From Candidatus Woesearchaeota archaeon (lineage in GTDB: Archaea; Nanobdellota; Nanobdellia; Pacearchaeales; UBA284), in contig CAYPSK010000001.1 of NCBI GenBank assembly GCA_964413705.1, forward strand, positions 1 to 62,360: a DNA stretch of 62,360 nucleotides, written 5' to 3'. A model generated the notes under the pieces. It was given only the letters and a program-made list of their open reading frames with translations, was not told the origin of the DNA and did not search any database. Below are positions 1 to 8,600 of this stretch, in pieces (position 1 is the stretch's first letter; every line of letters begins with the position of its first letter). The position numbers and the translations under genes were made by a program.

Positions 1-852
1 TCAAATTTTATTTTCTTCATCATCTTCGGACTGATATTTTTGCTATTCCTGAGTTTAAGTTTTTATGCAACAACTCCCTTATATAGTGGGGCAATAATTA
101 ATACAAGCAATATAAACTTTATAACAATAGACCAAACCAATTACTCCCTTAATGAATTAAAAAATATAAACCTAAATATATTATCAGAAAAATCAATAGT
201 CTATACTGAAAACTCTTCATTCATTTTAACAAAAGACCTCTTTTCCCAACAATACCAGAATATTTCAAATCCAAAGAATAAAACCATCATAGCGTACTAT
301 AATGCACCATTGATAAATACAGATGTTAAAGGAGAAATCCTTGAAATAAATAGAATAAAAGCAACAGACCCAGCAGCCTTTACCTTTTTGGTGAACCACA
401 CAGCCCCTGGTCAAGTGATAGATATCAAAACAACAAAAGACACATACAAGATTATTGCAGATGAAAATCCAACAAATTCTTCAAAAGGATTTATAGGAAT
501 AAGCCACAGGAAACTAGCAAAAAGCTTTTCTGAAAAACTCCAAGAGGATGTATTAGGAATAAAAAATCCCTTTATGGCCTATGAACCATTTAACAGGGAT
601 ATATTCCCCTTCCTCTCTGTGTTCATGTTCTGGCTGGTCATGCTCCTCTTTGCAATTGCAACATTCAATATGCTTCCCTTCGGATTCTTAGATGGTGGAA
701 AATTCTTCTATCTAACAATGTTAGGACTAACAAAATCCAAAAAAAGCGCTGAAACCGGGTATAAAATAGCAAGCCTGATTATCGTCCTCCTAATTCTCGC
801 AATGGTTTTTGTCTGGCTTTGGAGAATATATCTTTTCAAAATTTTTATGTAA
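1..852 (+). CDS. Peptidase M50 (site-2 protease) family, C-terminal part; truncated by the window edge
   Basis: Frame 1 is open from nt 1. The C-terminal membrane segment carries the M50 signature NxxPxxxLDG (FNMLPFGFLDGGKFFY) after a soluble PDZ-like insert. The HExxH motif would lie upstream of the window. Confidence 0.6.
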   Translation, partial: SNFIFFIIFGLIFLLFLSLSFYATTPLYSGAIINTSNINFITIDQTNYSLNELKNINLNILSEKSIVYTENSSFILTKDLFSQQYQNISNPKNKTIIAYYNAPLINTDVKGEILEINRIKATDPAAFTFLVNHTAPGQVIDIKTTKDTYKIIADENPTNSSKGFIGISHRKLAKSFSEKLQEDVLGIKNPFMAYEPFNRDIFPFLSVFMFWLVMLLFAIATFNMLPFGFLDGGKFFYLTMLGLTKSKKSAETGYKIASLIIVLLILAMVFVWLWRIYLFKIFM

Positions 853-919
853 CAATTTGAATATTTCCCAAGATCTTAAATACAAAAATTTAAATTATCT
901 AGATCTCTTCTCAATTTAC

Positions 920-990
920 GGGCCGATAGTCCAACGGTAGAACATCTCGTTCGCAACGAGAAAACCTGAGTTCAATTCTCAGTCGGTCCA
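920..990 (+). tRNA. tRNA-Ala (anticodon CGC)
   Basis: Cloverleaf folded by hand. Acceptor GGGCCGA/TCGGTCC has the G3:U70 alanine identity pair. Anticodon stem TCTCG/CGAGA with loop TTCGCAA; T arm CTGAG-TTCAATT-CTCAG; discriminator A; no encoded CCA. Confidence 0.85.
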
Positions 991-1007
991 TTTTAAAGTT
1001 TTGAGAA

Positions 1008-1805
1008 TTGAACATAAATTTAAAAAAAAGGTTTACTTATAAAAAGATGACAAAACTCAAAGAACTTGTAAAATTTCTTGACAAAGAACTCAAAACAAAA
1101 AAAATTCCAGATATATCTGTAAATGGTCTTCAAGTAAAAATAAAAAACAAACAAGAAATAAAAAAGGTTGGTTTTGCAGTAGATGCTTGCCTATCAACAT
1201 TTGAAAAAGCAAAAAAAGAAAAGGTTGACCTTTTGATTGTTCATCATGGAATTAAATGGAAGCCTCAAAAATATATCAGAGTCCAAAAGAGAAGAAAAAC
1301 ATGGCTAAAAAAGAACAAAATAAACCTCTACGCCGTCCATGCTCCCCTTGACAAAAATGAAAAATATGGCCATAACATAGGATTATCGCGGCTTCTCGGC
1401 CTGAAAGATTTAAAGCGCTTTGGTAAATTTAACAGAACCTATTATGGCTTTGCAGGAAAGCTTAAAAGCCCCCTAGAAATAAAAGAAATTTCCAAAATAA
1501 TTGAAAAAAGATTAAAAACAAAATGCCGCGTCTTTATATTTAACAATAAAAAGATTTTTAGTATGGGAATTGTCAGCGGCTCAAGCGGAGTCGCAATAGA
1601 AGAAGCTGCTAAAAAGAAATTAGATTGCTTTCTCCTCGGAGAAATACGTTTAGGACAATTAAGACAAGCGCAAGATCTTAAACTAAATTTAATTGTTGCA
1701 GGCCACTATGCAACTGAAACTCCGGGCCTAATTCTTCTGAAAAAATTAATAGAAAACAAATTTCCAATAAAAACAGTTTTTATCGACGATGTAGTTAATT
1801 ATTAA
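1008..1805 (+). CDS. Nif3 (YbgI / GTP cyclohydrolase 1 type 2) family dinuclear-metal protein
   Basis: DLLIVHHG near the N-terminus and AGHYATE near the C-terminus are typical Nif3 metal-ligand motifs. The more likely start is the ATG at 1047 (MTKLKELVKFLD). Confidence 0.7.
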   Translation: MNINLKKRFTYKKMTKLKELVKFLDKELKTKKIPDISVNGLQVKIKNKQEIKKVGFAVDACLSTFEKAKKEKVDLLIVHHGIKWKPQKYIRVQKRRKTWLKKNKINLYAVHAPLDKNEKYGHNIGLSRLLGLKDLKRFGKFNRTYYGFAGKLKSPLEIKEISKIIEKRLKTKCRVFIFNNKKIFSMGIVSGSSGVAIEEAAKKKLDCFLLGEIRLGQLRQAQDLKLNLIVAGHYATETPGLILLKKLIENKFPIKTVFIDDVVNY

Positions 1806-2073
1806 AAAAATCACCAGAAATTAAAGAAAAATAAACTTTTTCCAGAAACCTGAAAAAAAGAAAAAGTATTTAAAGAAGTTATACATTAATTAATATCCAA
1901 AATTAAGATAATAAATCAAAAAAACACAAAAAAGAGGAGAAAAAAATGCCAAAAAAGAAAAAAGCAGCCAAAAAAAAGAAGAGATAAGATCTCTGAATAA
2001 TTTATTTTTTTATTTTTTTTTATTTAATCTTTTTTCAACCTAATTCTCAATAAATTGAATATAACTAAATAAT

Positions 2074-2436
2074 TCAGAATTCTGCGACGCCGTCTTTTGT
2101 CAAGGCAACAAACTTGATTCCAACAGGCAGATTTATCAAAGCAGACATCAGTGCCATGTGCTCTTTTCCGTCTCCAGAAGCTAAGCTCAGGGCAACTTCC
2201 ATGCCAGAGAACTTATCTTGTAGTTTTTTCTTCAAATCATCTATTACTTCAAGAATTGGCCTGTCAAAATTTGTTTTGATTATTGTTGCATTCTTTGCAA
2301 AATCAAATTCTCCTATTTTAGAAGCTGCAAATTCAGAACATACAAGAAATATCTTTTCCCACTGCCCTTTATTTATTATGCCTGCGACTTGACCCCAAGT
2401 TCCTTTTCCAGTCGACATCAATGATACAAATTCCAT
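2074..2436 (-). CDS. Hypothetical small alpha/beta protein
   Basis: A 120-aa ORF with non-repetitive composition, divergent from the 2503 gene. No motif I can name. The + strand ORF 2114..2392 is its shadow. Confidence 0.4.
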   Translation of the reverse strand: MEFVSLMSTGKGTWGQVAGIINKGQWEKIFLVCSEFAASKIGEFDFAKNATIIKTNFDRPILEVIDDLKKKLQDKFSGMEVALSLASGDGKEHMALMSALINLPVGIKFVALTKDGVAEF

Positions 2437-2502
2437 GAAAAAGATAATAATATAAAGTTTATAAGTATTATTAATCTAAAATAGATACTACTTATAATTA
2501 AA

Positions 2503-2946
2503 ATGAAAGAAACCCCTTTGTCTGAAATAACTCTAAGGAAATATGAAAAACCCTATGAGATGAATCAAAGAGAACTTGTCAAGAAGATATGCCTCTCCCT
2601 TGGACTTTTACAACCCGGGGATTCAAGAGACATTGCTGTTGATGTTCTTCTAGTCCTTTTAGATGCAAAAAAAGAGAAAAAAGAACTTGATTCTAATCAG
2701 ATTAAACAACTTGCAATAAAATCACGAGAAAAAGCAAATCTCGAGCTTAAGGGCATAGCTGAATCAAACATAAGAAGGCAATTGAAGAAGCTCCGCGATT
2801 TATTCATTATCGAGAAGCAGAATAATCTCTACAAAATAACAGAGTTCTCCAATCTAAACGAACTTTTTGAGAAGAAGATTCAGAATTTCTATCTTCCTGA
2901 GATTTTAGACAGGGTCAAGGAATATCTCAATGCTCTTGAGAAATAA
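2503..2946 (+). CDS. Hypothetical protein, possible winged-helix DNA-binding protein
   Basis: A 147-aa ORF directly upstream of the ribosomal L1 operon. Helical, basic pattern (QPGDSRDIAVDVLLVLL ... NIRRQLKKLRDLFIIEK). The family is not recognised. Confidence 0.4.
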   Translation: MKETPLSEITLRKYEKPYEMNQRELVKKICLSLGLLQPGDSRDIAVDVLLVLLDAKKEKKELDSNQIKQLAIKSREKANLELKGIAESNIRRQLKKLRDLFIIEKQNNLYKITEFSNLNELFEKKIQNFYLPEILDRVKEYLNALEK

Positions 2947-3039
2947 ATCTAAAATTCAAAGCATAATCTTTAAAAACCCAGAAAACAAAGAATTATATCC
3001 ACTAATACTACGTTTCTTAGCGTAGGAGGATGCAGAAAA

Positions 3040-3672
3040 ATGAATTTCAAACAAGCCTTAATCGAACTTAGAAGTGTGTCTGAAAAACGTGATTTTGATC
3101 AGACCCTAGACTTAGTCATAAATCTAAAAAGCTTTGATACTCAGAAAGAATCAGTCAATACCTTTGTTATTTTGCCGCATGCTTATAAGAAAAAAAGCAT
3201 AGCTGCATTCTTAGATTCTATAAAAAAATCTGAACTATTGACAAGAATCTTTACAAAAGATGAACTTGATAAGATACTGCCAAAAGAAATGAAGAAATTC
3301 GCAAAAAAGCAGGATTTTTTTATCTCTTCAGCTAAACTCATGCCCATTGTTGCTTCAAAATTCGGGAAAATCCTTGGCTCAGCAGGAAAAATGCCAGATC
3401 CAAAGATAGGTTGTGTTCTCATGCAAGAATCTGAGCAGAATCTAAAAGAGGCTGTAGAAAAGCTTCAAAAAACAGTCAAGATAAGGGCAAAAGAAAGAAG
3501 CCTAAAAATCCCCCTAGGTAAAGAATCTATGTCAGACGAGCACCTAATTGAAAACCTAGACAAGACATTTAAGACAATAGTGATGGCCTTGCCAAAAAAA
3601 GAATTTAATATCAGAGACACCCTAATCAAATTCACAATGTCTAAATCAATTAAAGTCAAGCTTGAAAAATAA
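3040..3672 (+). CDS. rpl1: 50S ribosomal protein L1 (uL1)
   Basis: N-terminal pattern ...KRDFDQTLDLVINLK...TFVILPH and its size (210 aa) fit uL1. It is first in an L1-P0-P1 gene order typical of archaea. GGAGG lies just upstream. Confidence 0.85.
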   Translation: MNFKQALIELRSVSEKRDFDQTLDLVINLKSFDTQKESVNTFVILPHAYKKKSIAAFLDSIKKSELLTRIFTKDELDKILPKEMKKFAKKQDFFISSAKLMPIVASKFGKILGSAGKMPDPKIGCVLMQESEQNLKEAVEKLQKTVKIRAKERSLKIPLGKESMSDEHLIENLDKTFKTIVMALPKKEFNIRDTLIKFTMSKSIKVKLEK

Positions 3673-3719
3673 ACTCTCTAAGACACATCTATATCAATAA
3701 ATAAAAAATCAAAAGCAAA

Positions 3720-3751
3720 CCAGCCAGGCCAAAAGGCACAATTGTGGCTGG
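3720..3751. repeat. Copy 1 of a 30-33 nt imperfect palindrome (CAGCCA-GGCC-AAAAGGCACAA-TTGTGGCTG)
   Basis: Outer arms CCAGCCA/TGGCTGG, inner GCC-AAAA-GGC. It is nearly identical (28 of 30 nt plus 3 indel positions) to the reverse complement of 6908..6940. Confidence 0.7.
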
Positions 3752-4619
3752 AAAATTAAAAAACTTACTCCAAAAAATATACAATAAAATGGCAGAAAAG
3801 AAAAAAACCAAGAGAGAAAAACAAGTTCCAGAAAGAAAACAGAATATCGTAAAAGAACTAGTTGACCTTATGCAAAAGAACCGGACAACTATGATTGCAT
3901 CTATTGAAGGGGTTCCATCTTACCAGTATCAAAAGATAAAAAAAGCACTAAGTGGAAAAGCATCAATAAAATTTGTCAAGAAGAACTTAGTTTTAATGGC
4001 AATAGACAAATCAAAAGAATTAGAACATTTAAGGAATAAAGTAGATAAGAATTTTGCAGTTCTTTTTTCACAATTAGGTCCTTTTGAACTAGCTGCAATC
4101 TTGGCAGATTTAAAAAGCCAGACAAAAGTTAAGCCAGGCCAAATTCCAGATAAGGATATTGTTCTTGAACCAGAAACAACAGACATCATGGCAGGTCCAG
4201 CTCTTGCAGAGTTCACAAACGCAAAGATAAAAGTCGGCGTTAATCAAGGAAAAATCGCAATCAAAGAAACATTCATAATTCAAGCAAATCACCCAGTTCC
4301 AGCAGAAGTCGCTTTAGTTCTTGAAAGGCTTGAGTTAAAACCCCTAACAGTAGGAATAAAACCTCTTGCTGCAATTGACCTTAAAGAACATAAACTCTAT
4401 GACAAAATAAAGGTAGACAAAGAAGAAGCGACAAAACTTATCTCAATTTGTGCTCATGAAGCGATGAATCTTGCAATAAACGCGAATTATATTTGCAAAG
4501 AAACAATAAACATGCTATTGGCCAAAGCAAACATGCACTCTTTAGCAATATCACAATTGCTAAATCAAAATGCTCCTCAGCCAGAATCACAAACTACTCC
4601 AAGTGCACCAAGCGCATGA
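3744..4619 (+). CDS. rplP0: 50S ribosomal protein L10 / acidic ribosomal protein P0 (uL10)
   Basis: Sits between L1 and L12(P1). N-terminal uL10-like region (KQNIVKELVDLMQKNRTTMIASIEGVPSYQYQKIKK). The likely true start is the ATG at 3789 (276 aa). It lacks the usual acidic C-terminal tail. Confidence 0.8.
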   Translation: MAGKLKNLLQKIYNKMAEKKKTKREKQVPERKQNIVKELVDLMQKNRTTMIASIEGVPSYQYQKIKKALSGKASIKFVKKNLVLMAIDKSKELEHLRNKVDKNFAVLFSQLGPFELAAILADLKSQTKVKPGQIPDKDIVLEPETTDIMAGPALAEFTNAKIKVGVNQGKIAIKETFIIQANHPVPAEVALVLERLELKPLTVGIKPLAAIDLKEHKLYDKIKVDKEEATKLISICAHEAMNLAINANYICKETINMLLAKANMHSLAISQLLNQNAPQPESQTTPSAPSA

Positions 4620-4696
4620 ATATAGATAAAGCACACAAAAAAATAAATTAATACCTATCAAAAAATAAAAATACTAAATAAAATCAAAAAAATAAA

Positions 4697-4978
4697 ATGG
4701 AATACATATACGCAGCTCTGTTGCTTAACAAACTAGGCAAAGAGATTACAGAAGAAAACATAAAAGCAGTTGTCAAAGCAACTGGAACAGACCCAGATGA
4801 ATCACAAGTCAAGTCACTTGTAGCCTCATTGAAGGGCGTAGATATACAAAAAGCGATTTCAGAAACAGCAGTAATGCCAGCTGCCCAAGCTACTCAAGGA
4901 GCAGCTAAGCCAGCAGAAAAGAAAGAAGAGCACAAAGAAGAAGAAGCAGCAGAAGGTTTATCTGCTTTATTCGGATAA
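4697..4978 (+). CDS. rpl12: 50S ribosomal stalk protein L12 / aP1
   Basis: [11 protein letters not shown]-terminus, an Ala/Lys/Glu hinge and the conserved C-terminal tail [13 protein letters not shown]. Confidence 0.85.
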   Translation: MEYIYAALLLNKLGKEITEENIKAVVKATGTDPDESQVKSLVASLKGVDIQKAISETAVMPAAQATQGAAKPAEKKEEHKEEEAAEGLSALFG

Positions 4979-5017
4979 ACATAAAACAAAGAACAGCGAA
5001 TGCAGTATTTACTTAGT

Positions 5018-5527
5018 CTACTTTCTAAAAATCGCTTTGACATCACTGTAAACAGGGATTTCTCTTATTCTAAAAACCTTAATGCTCAGAACCCATATCA
5101 AAAACACAAAAACTACGCTTAGAGCATACCAAAACACTAAATGAGCAACATCAAACAAACCTGATTGATTTACAAGTAATAAAGTCATCAAGAAGATTCT
5201 TACCACATTCACCACCAAGAAAACCGCGCTTGTGAATAAAAAAAGCAGAATTCTCTTCCAAGTTCCTATTAACCTTGTTGAAAGGTTTAAAAAAAGCAGT
5301 AAGAAATAAGCAATTCCTGCAACACAAGCATCAATAATCTCAATAGAATATCCCTTAAACAAGATAAAATTGCCACTCATCTGTGCCTGATAGAAAATCC
5401 TTATTAATCCATAACTCAAATAAGTAGTGACTGGCCTTAAAATAATATAAAACCAAGGCAGAGCAAAAATAGCCAAGATTATCAGAGCATACCTTATAAT
5501 CATTAACCAAATTCCCTGTTTTTCCAT
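5018..5527 (-). CDS. Exosortase/archaeosortase family protein (putative)
   Basis: A polytopic 169-aa membrane protein. It has the three family signature positions in order: Cys (IIDACVAGIAY), Arg (VVNVVRIF) and His (DVAHLVFWY). Confidence 0.5.
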   Translation of the reverse strand: MEKQGIWLMIIRYALIILAIFALPWFYIILRPVTTYLSYGLIRIFYQAQMSGNFILFKGYSIEIIDACVAGIAYFLLLFLNLSTRLIGTWKRILLFLFTSAVFLVVNVVRIFLMTLLLVNQSGLFDVAHLVFWYALSVVFVFLIWVLSIKVFRIREIPVYSDVKAIFRK

Positions 5528-5576
5528 TTCACAGATAAGAACGATTTATTTAAATACTATATGATTTAACTTAATC

Positions 5577-6245
5577 ATGCCAAAAACAAAAGAAAAGAAA
5601 AGCAAAACTTCGAATAAAAGCATTAGCAAGAATGGAATAATCTTTTTTGTGCTTATTGCCCTCTTTGTCCTAGCCCTGATATTTGATAATTCGCTTTTTG
5701 TCCTAATCCAACAATTTAGGATAAGCCTAAATCTCCCATTTAATTTTGACTTTATAGAAAGCTACTTTTTCTATGTAATTATTTTTGTTCTAAGCATGGT
5801 GTTTATTCTTCTAGATAATAAAGTCAAAAACAAGAAGAAAAACATATTCAGATATATAATTGGGATGGTTATGTCTGTCATCATCATGTTAATTTTAAAA
5901 TATACTGTCTCGAGACCAAGACCAATTCCCTCTCAAAGCAATTTCTTAGTAGAAGAAAAATCATTCCCCTCAGGACACACCACTTTCACATTCTCAACAC
6001 TCTCATTCTTAAAAAATTGGCTAGGCATAATCTGGCTCATCCTCTCAATAATTGTGGCCCTAGAAAGGGTCTGGATAGGGGCACATTTTCCAAGTGATGT
6101 CATTGCCGCCATAATACTAGGGTATTTCATTCCTATCCTCACCACAAAGATTATCAATAAGATAAGATTAAAAAATAATCAAAATAATCGGGCAAGAAGA
6201 AGTGTAAAAAAAAATAAAACAAGAAAATCAAAGACCAAAAAATGA
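5577..6245 (+). CDS. PAP2-family polyprenyl/lipid phosphate phosphatase
   Basis: All three acid-phosphatase motifs are present: KYTVSRPRP, PSGH and HFPSDV. Multi-TM with basic termini. Confidence 0.75.
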   Translation: MPKTKEKKSKTSNKSISKNGIIFFVLIALFVLALIFDNSLFVLIQQFRISLNLPFNFDFIESYFFYVIIFVLSMVFILLDNKVKNKKKNIFRYIIGMVMSVIIMLILKYTVSRPRPIPSQSNFLVEEKSFPSGHTTFTFSTLSFLKNWLGIIWLILSIIVALERVWIGAHFPSDVIAAIILGYFIPILTTKIINKIRLKNNQNNRARRSVKKNKTRKSKTKK

Positions 6246-6841
6246 GCACGCCCGAAATCACAAGGAAGGTTCTCCATATAATCTTCGGTATATTAATTCT
6301 AGTACTAGCCCTTTTATTTGAAAAAGGGGATTTTGTAAGGCTCTTGTTCATACTGCTTCTTCTTTGCATACTTTTAACACTCCTTCATCTAAAATATAAT
6401 ATTAAACCAATAGCTTGGATTTCTAAAGAAGAAGAAAAAATATTTCCACTTAAAGGTCTTTTATTTTTCATTGCCGGAGCAGGTCTAACAATCCTTATTT
6501 TTGATAAAAATATAGCCTTGGCGGCAATAACAATACTAACATTTGGGGATTCAATTAGTTCATTTGCAAATAAATTTGGTTCAAAATATGGAATTAATCC
6601 TTTTAAAAATTTCAAGAGTTTATTTGGAACACTCTGTGGTATAATTATCGGATTTCTATTTGCCCTAACTTTCATTGATCCTCTCTCAGCCTTAGTTGGC
6701 TCATTCTTCGGCATGATTACAGAAGCAGTAGCTATAAAGTTGGGGGAGTCAGATGCAGATGACAACATAATCGTGCCTCTAGCTGCTGCAACAGCAATGT
6801 ACCTCTTATCAAGACTACCAACCCTCGCTTCGATTGTATAA
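6242..6841 (+). CDS. CTP-dependent polyprenol (dolichol) kinase / cytidylyltransferase-like membrane protein
   Basis: Polytopic membrane protein with FGDSISSFANKFGSKYG and KSLFGTLCG. These resemble the GD..A..G and K(S/T)xEG motifs of the DolK/CdsA superfamily. ATGA overlap with the PAP2 gene. Confidence 0.4.
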   Translation: MSTPEITRKVLHIIFGILILVLALLFEKGDFVRLLFILLLLCILLTLLHLKYNIKPIAWISKEEEKIFPLKGLLFFIAGAGLTILIFDKNIALAAITILTFGDSISSFANKFGSKYGINPFKNFKSLFGTLCGIIIGFLFALTFIDPLSALVGSFFGMITEAVAIKLGESDADDNIIVPLAAATAMYLLSRLPTLASIV

Positions 6842-6907
6842 ATCAATTTCCTTAGATAACTTTTAAAAAGATAAAGGAGATTCAATATGTATCACAATTA
6901 TAAGTTT

Positions 6908-6940
6908 CAGCCACAATTTTGTGCCTTTTAGGCATGGCTG
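6908..6940. repeat. Copy 2 (inverted orientation) of the CAGCCA...TGGCTG imperfect palindrome
   Basis: The reverse complement reads CAGCCATGCCTAAAAGGCACAAAATTGTGGCTG, matching 3721..3750. It lies 44 nt upstream of the glyS ATG. Confidence 0.7.
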
Positions 6941-6983
6941 AACAAGTTATATTTAACATACAAACAGTTTATATCCTCTTAAA

Positions 6984-8483
6984 ATGTCAAAACCAGATAA
7001 AAATGAAGAAAAAGCCCAGGAAGCTAGCCTGAGCAAGATAATGGAAATAGCCTCTGTCCGAGGTTTCTTTTGGCCCACAGCAGAACTCTATTCAGATAAG
7101 CTAGCAGGTTTCTTTGATTATGGTCCAAATGGCCTAGCCCTGAAGAATAATATCTTAGATGTCTGGAGACAAGAGATAGTAAGAAAAGAGAACATGGTAG
7201 AGATAGATGGCTGCCAGATTCTTCCAAAATCTGTTTTTATAGCTTCAGGACATCTGACAAACTTCACAGATCCTTTGATTGCCTGTGAAAAATGTGGTTC
7301 AAAATTCCGGGCAGATAGGCTAATTCAAGAAAAAACAAACCTAGAACTTCCAGAAAAACTCTCAAATGAAGAGTATGATGAACTTATCAAAAAACATAAT
7401 ATTCTCTGCCCAAAATGTAAATCCAGATTCAAAAAAACCGAAAGATGGAACATGATGTTAAAAACAGGGATAGGCGCAGAACTTAAAGAAGCATATCTTA
7501 GGCCAGAGACTTGCCAAACAATTTTTCCAAGTTTCTTGAGAATTTTTAGGACTCAGAGAGTCAAACTTCCTTTTGGAATAGCGCAAGCAGGAAAAGTTTT
7601 CAGAAATGAAATCTCTCCAAGGCAAGGAATAACAAGGATAAGAGAAATAAATCAGATTGAATCTGAGATATTCTTCAATCCTGAAAAAGAAAACGAAATT
7701 AATGAAGAAAAATATCAACAAATAAAATCAAAAATACTTCCCTTGTATATCAAGGAAAAACAAATCCAGATAAGCATAGAAGAAACACTTAAGAAAAAAC
7801 TCATAAAAAGCAAGTTGGTTGCATATCACCTAGAACTTCTCAAACAATTCTATGTCAAAATAGGAATCCAAGAAGATAAAATGCGATTCAAATACGTTGA
7901 AAAAGAAGACCGGCCTTTCTATTCAAAAGAAACCTGGGATTTTGAAGTCCTCACATCTATAGGCTGGCTTGAATTATGCGCCTGTAACCATAGATCAGAT
8001 TATGACTTAAAAGGACATCAAACCATCACTCAACAAAGTATGGAAGTTCTTGATGAATCAACAGGGAAAAAAGTTCTTCCAAATGTTTTTGAACTCTCAG
8101 CAGGCCTAGACAGAGCCTTATTTGCCTTGTTAGACACTACATACAAAGAAGAGCCTGAAAATGACAGAACTCTTTTCAAACTTCTTCCAAGACTTGCTCC
8201 AATTCAAGTCGCTATCTTCCCTCTTGTAAATAAAGAAGGCATGCCTGAACTCGCCAAGAAAATCCATGAAATGCTAAAGTCCCAATCAAACCTAAAATGT
8301 TTCTATGATGAATCAGGCTCCATAGGAAGAAGATACAGAAGACAGGATGAAATAGGAACTCCCTGGTGCATAACAATAGACGGAGAGACACTTAAAGACA
8401 AAACAGTCACAGTTCGAGAGCGTGATTCTATGAAACAGCACAGGGTAAAGATTGAAAAGCTAAGAGAAGAACTGAGCAAGTAA
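6984..8483 (+). CDS. glyS: Glycine--tRNA ligase (archaeal/eukaryotic alpha2 type)
   Basis: N-terminal RGFFWPTAELY...GFFDYGPNG, class II core motifs (GKVFRNEISPR, FELSAGLDR) and a C-terminal anticodon-binding domain (RRYRRQDEIGTPWCITID). Confidence 0.9.
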   Translation: MSKPDKNEEKAQEASLSKIMEIASVRGFFWPTAELYSDKLAGFFDYGPNGLALKNNILDVWRQEIVRKENMVEIDGCQILPKSVFIASGHLTNFTDPLIACEKCGSKFRADRLIQEKTNLELPEKLSNEEYDELIKKHNILCPKCKSRFKKTERWNMMLKTGIGAELKEAYLRPETCQTIFPSFLRIFRTQRVKLPFGIAQAGKVFRNEISPRQGITRIREINQIESEIFFNPEKENEINEEKYQQIKSKILPLYIKEKQIQISIEETLKKKLIKSKLVAYHLELLKQFYVKIGIQEDKMRFKYVEKEDRPFYSKETWDFEVLTSIGWLELCACNHRSDYDLKGHQTITQQSMEVLDESTGKKVLPNVFELSAGLDRALFALLDTTYKEEPENDRTLFKLLPRLAPIQVAIFPLVNKEGMPELAKKIHEMLKSQSNLKCFYDESGSIGRRYRRQDEIGTPWCITIDGETLKDKTVTVRERDSMKQHRVKIEKLREELSK

Positions 8484-8515
8484 ATTTAAATATCCCCTGA
8501 ATCAAATTATCCCAT

Positions 8516-8587
8516 GGGCCTGTAGTATAATGGTTATTATGCGCCGCTGGCAGCGGTGTGACTCGGGTTCGACTCCCGACAGGTCCA
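8516..8587 (+). tRNA. tRNA-Ala (anticodon GGC)
   Basis: Acceptor GGGCCTG/CAGGTCC with G3:U70. Anticodon stem CGCCG/CGGTG with loop CTGGCAG; T arm TCGGG-TTCGACT-CCCGA; discriminator A. Confidence 0.85.
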
Positions 8588-8600
8588 TTCTATCTTATAA

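Noticed and set aside
1946-1987. 13-codon ORF MPKKKKAAKKKKR with a good GGAG upstream; considered as ribosomal protein L41e
   Set aside because: It is much shorter than, and not similar enough to, the Arg-rich 25-aa L41e that I remember. An A-rich spacer produces such Lys runs by chance. Left unannotated.
2990-3040. Hairpin CTACG-TTTCTTAG-CGTAG overlapping the L1 ribosome-binding site; considered as an L1 autoregulatory mimic of the 23S L1 site
   Set aside because: It is only a 5-bp stem, and I cannot match it to the 23S rRNA L1-binding consensus from memory. Too weak to report as a finding.
6385-6885. 166-aa minus-strand ORF, and similar long antisense ORFs (2114..2392, 14734..15183, 18795..19376, 44924..45409, 61030..61431, 29748..30110)
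   Set aside because: Each is fully embedded antisense in a gene with clear family motifs. They are shadow ORFs typical of biased codon usage.
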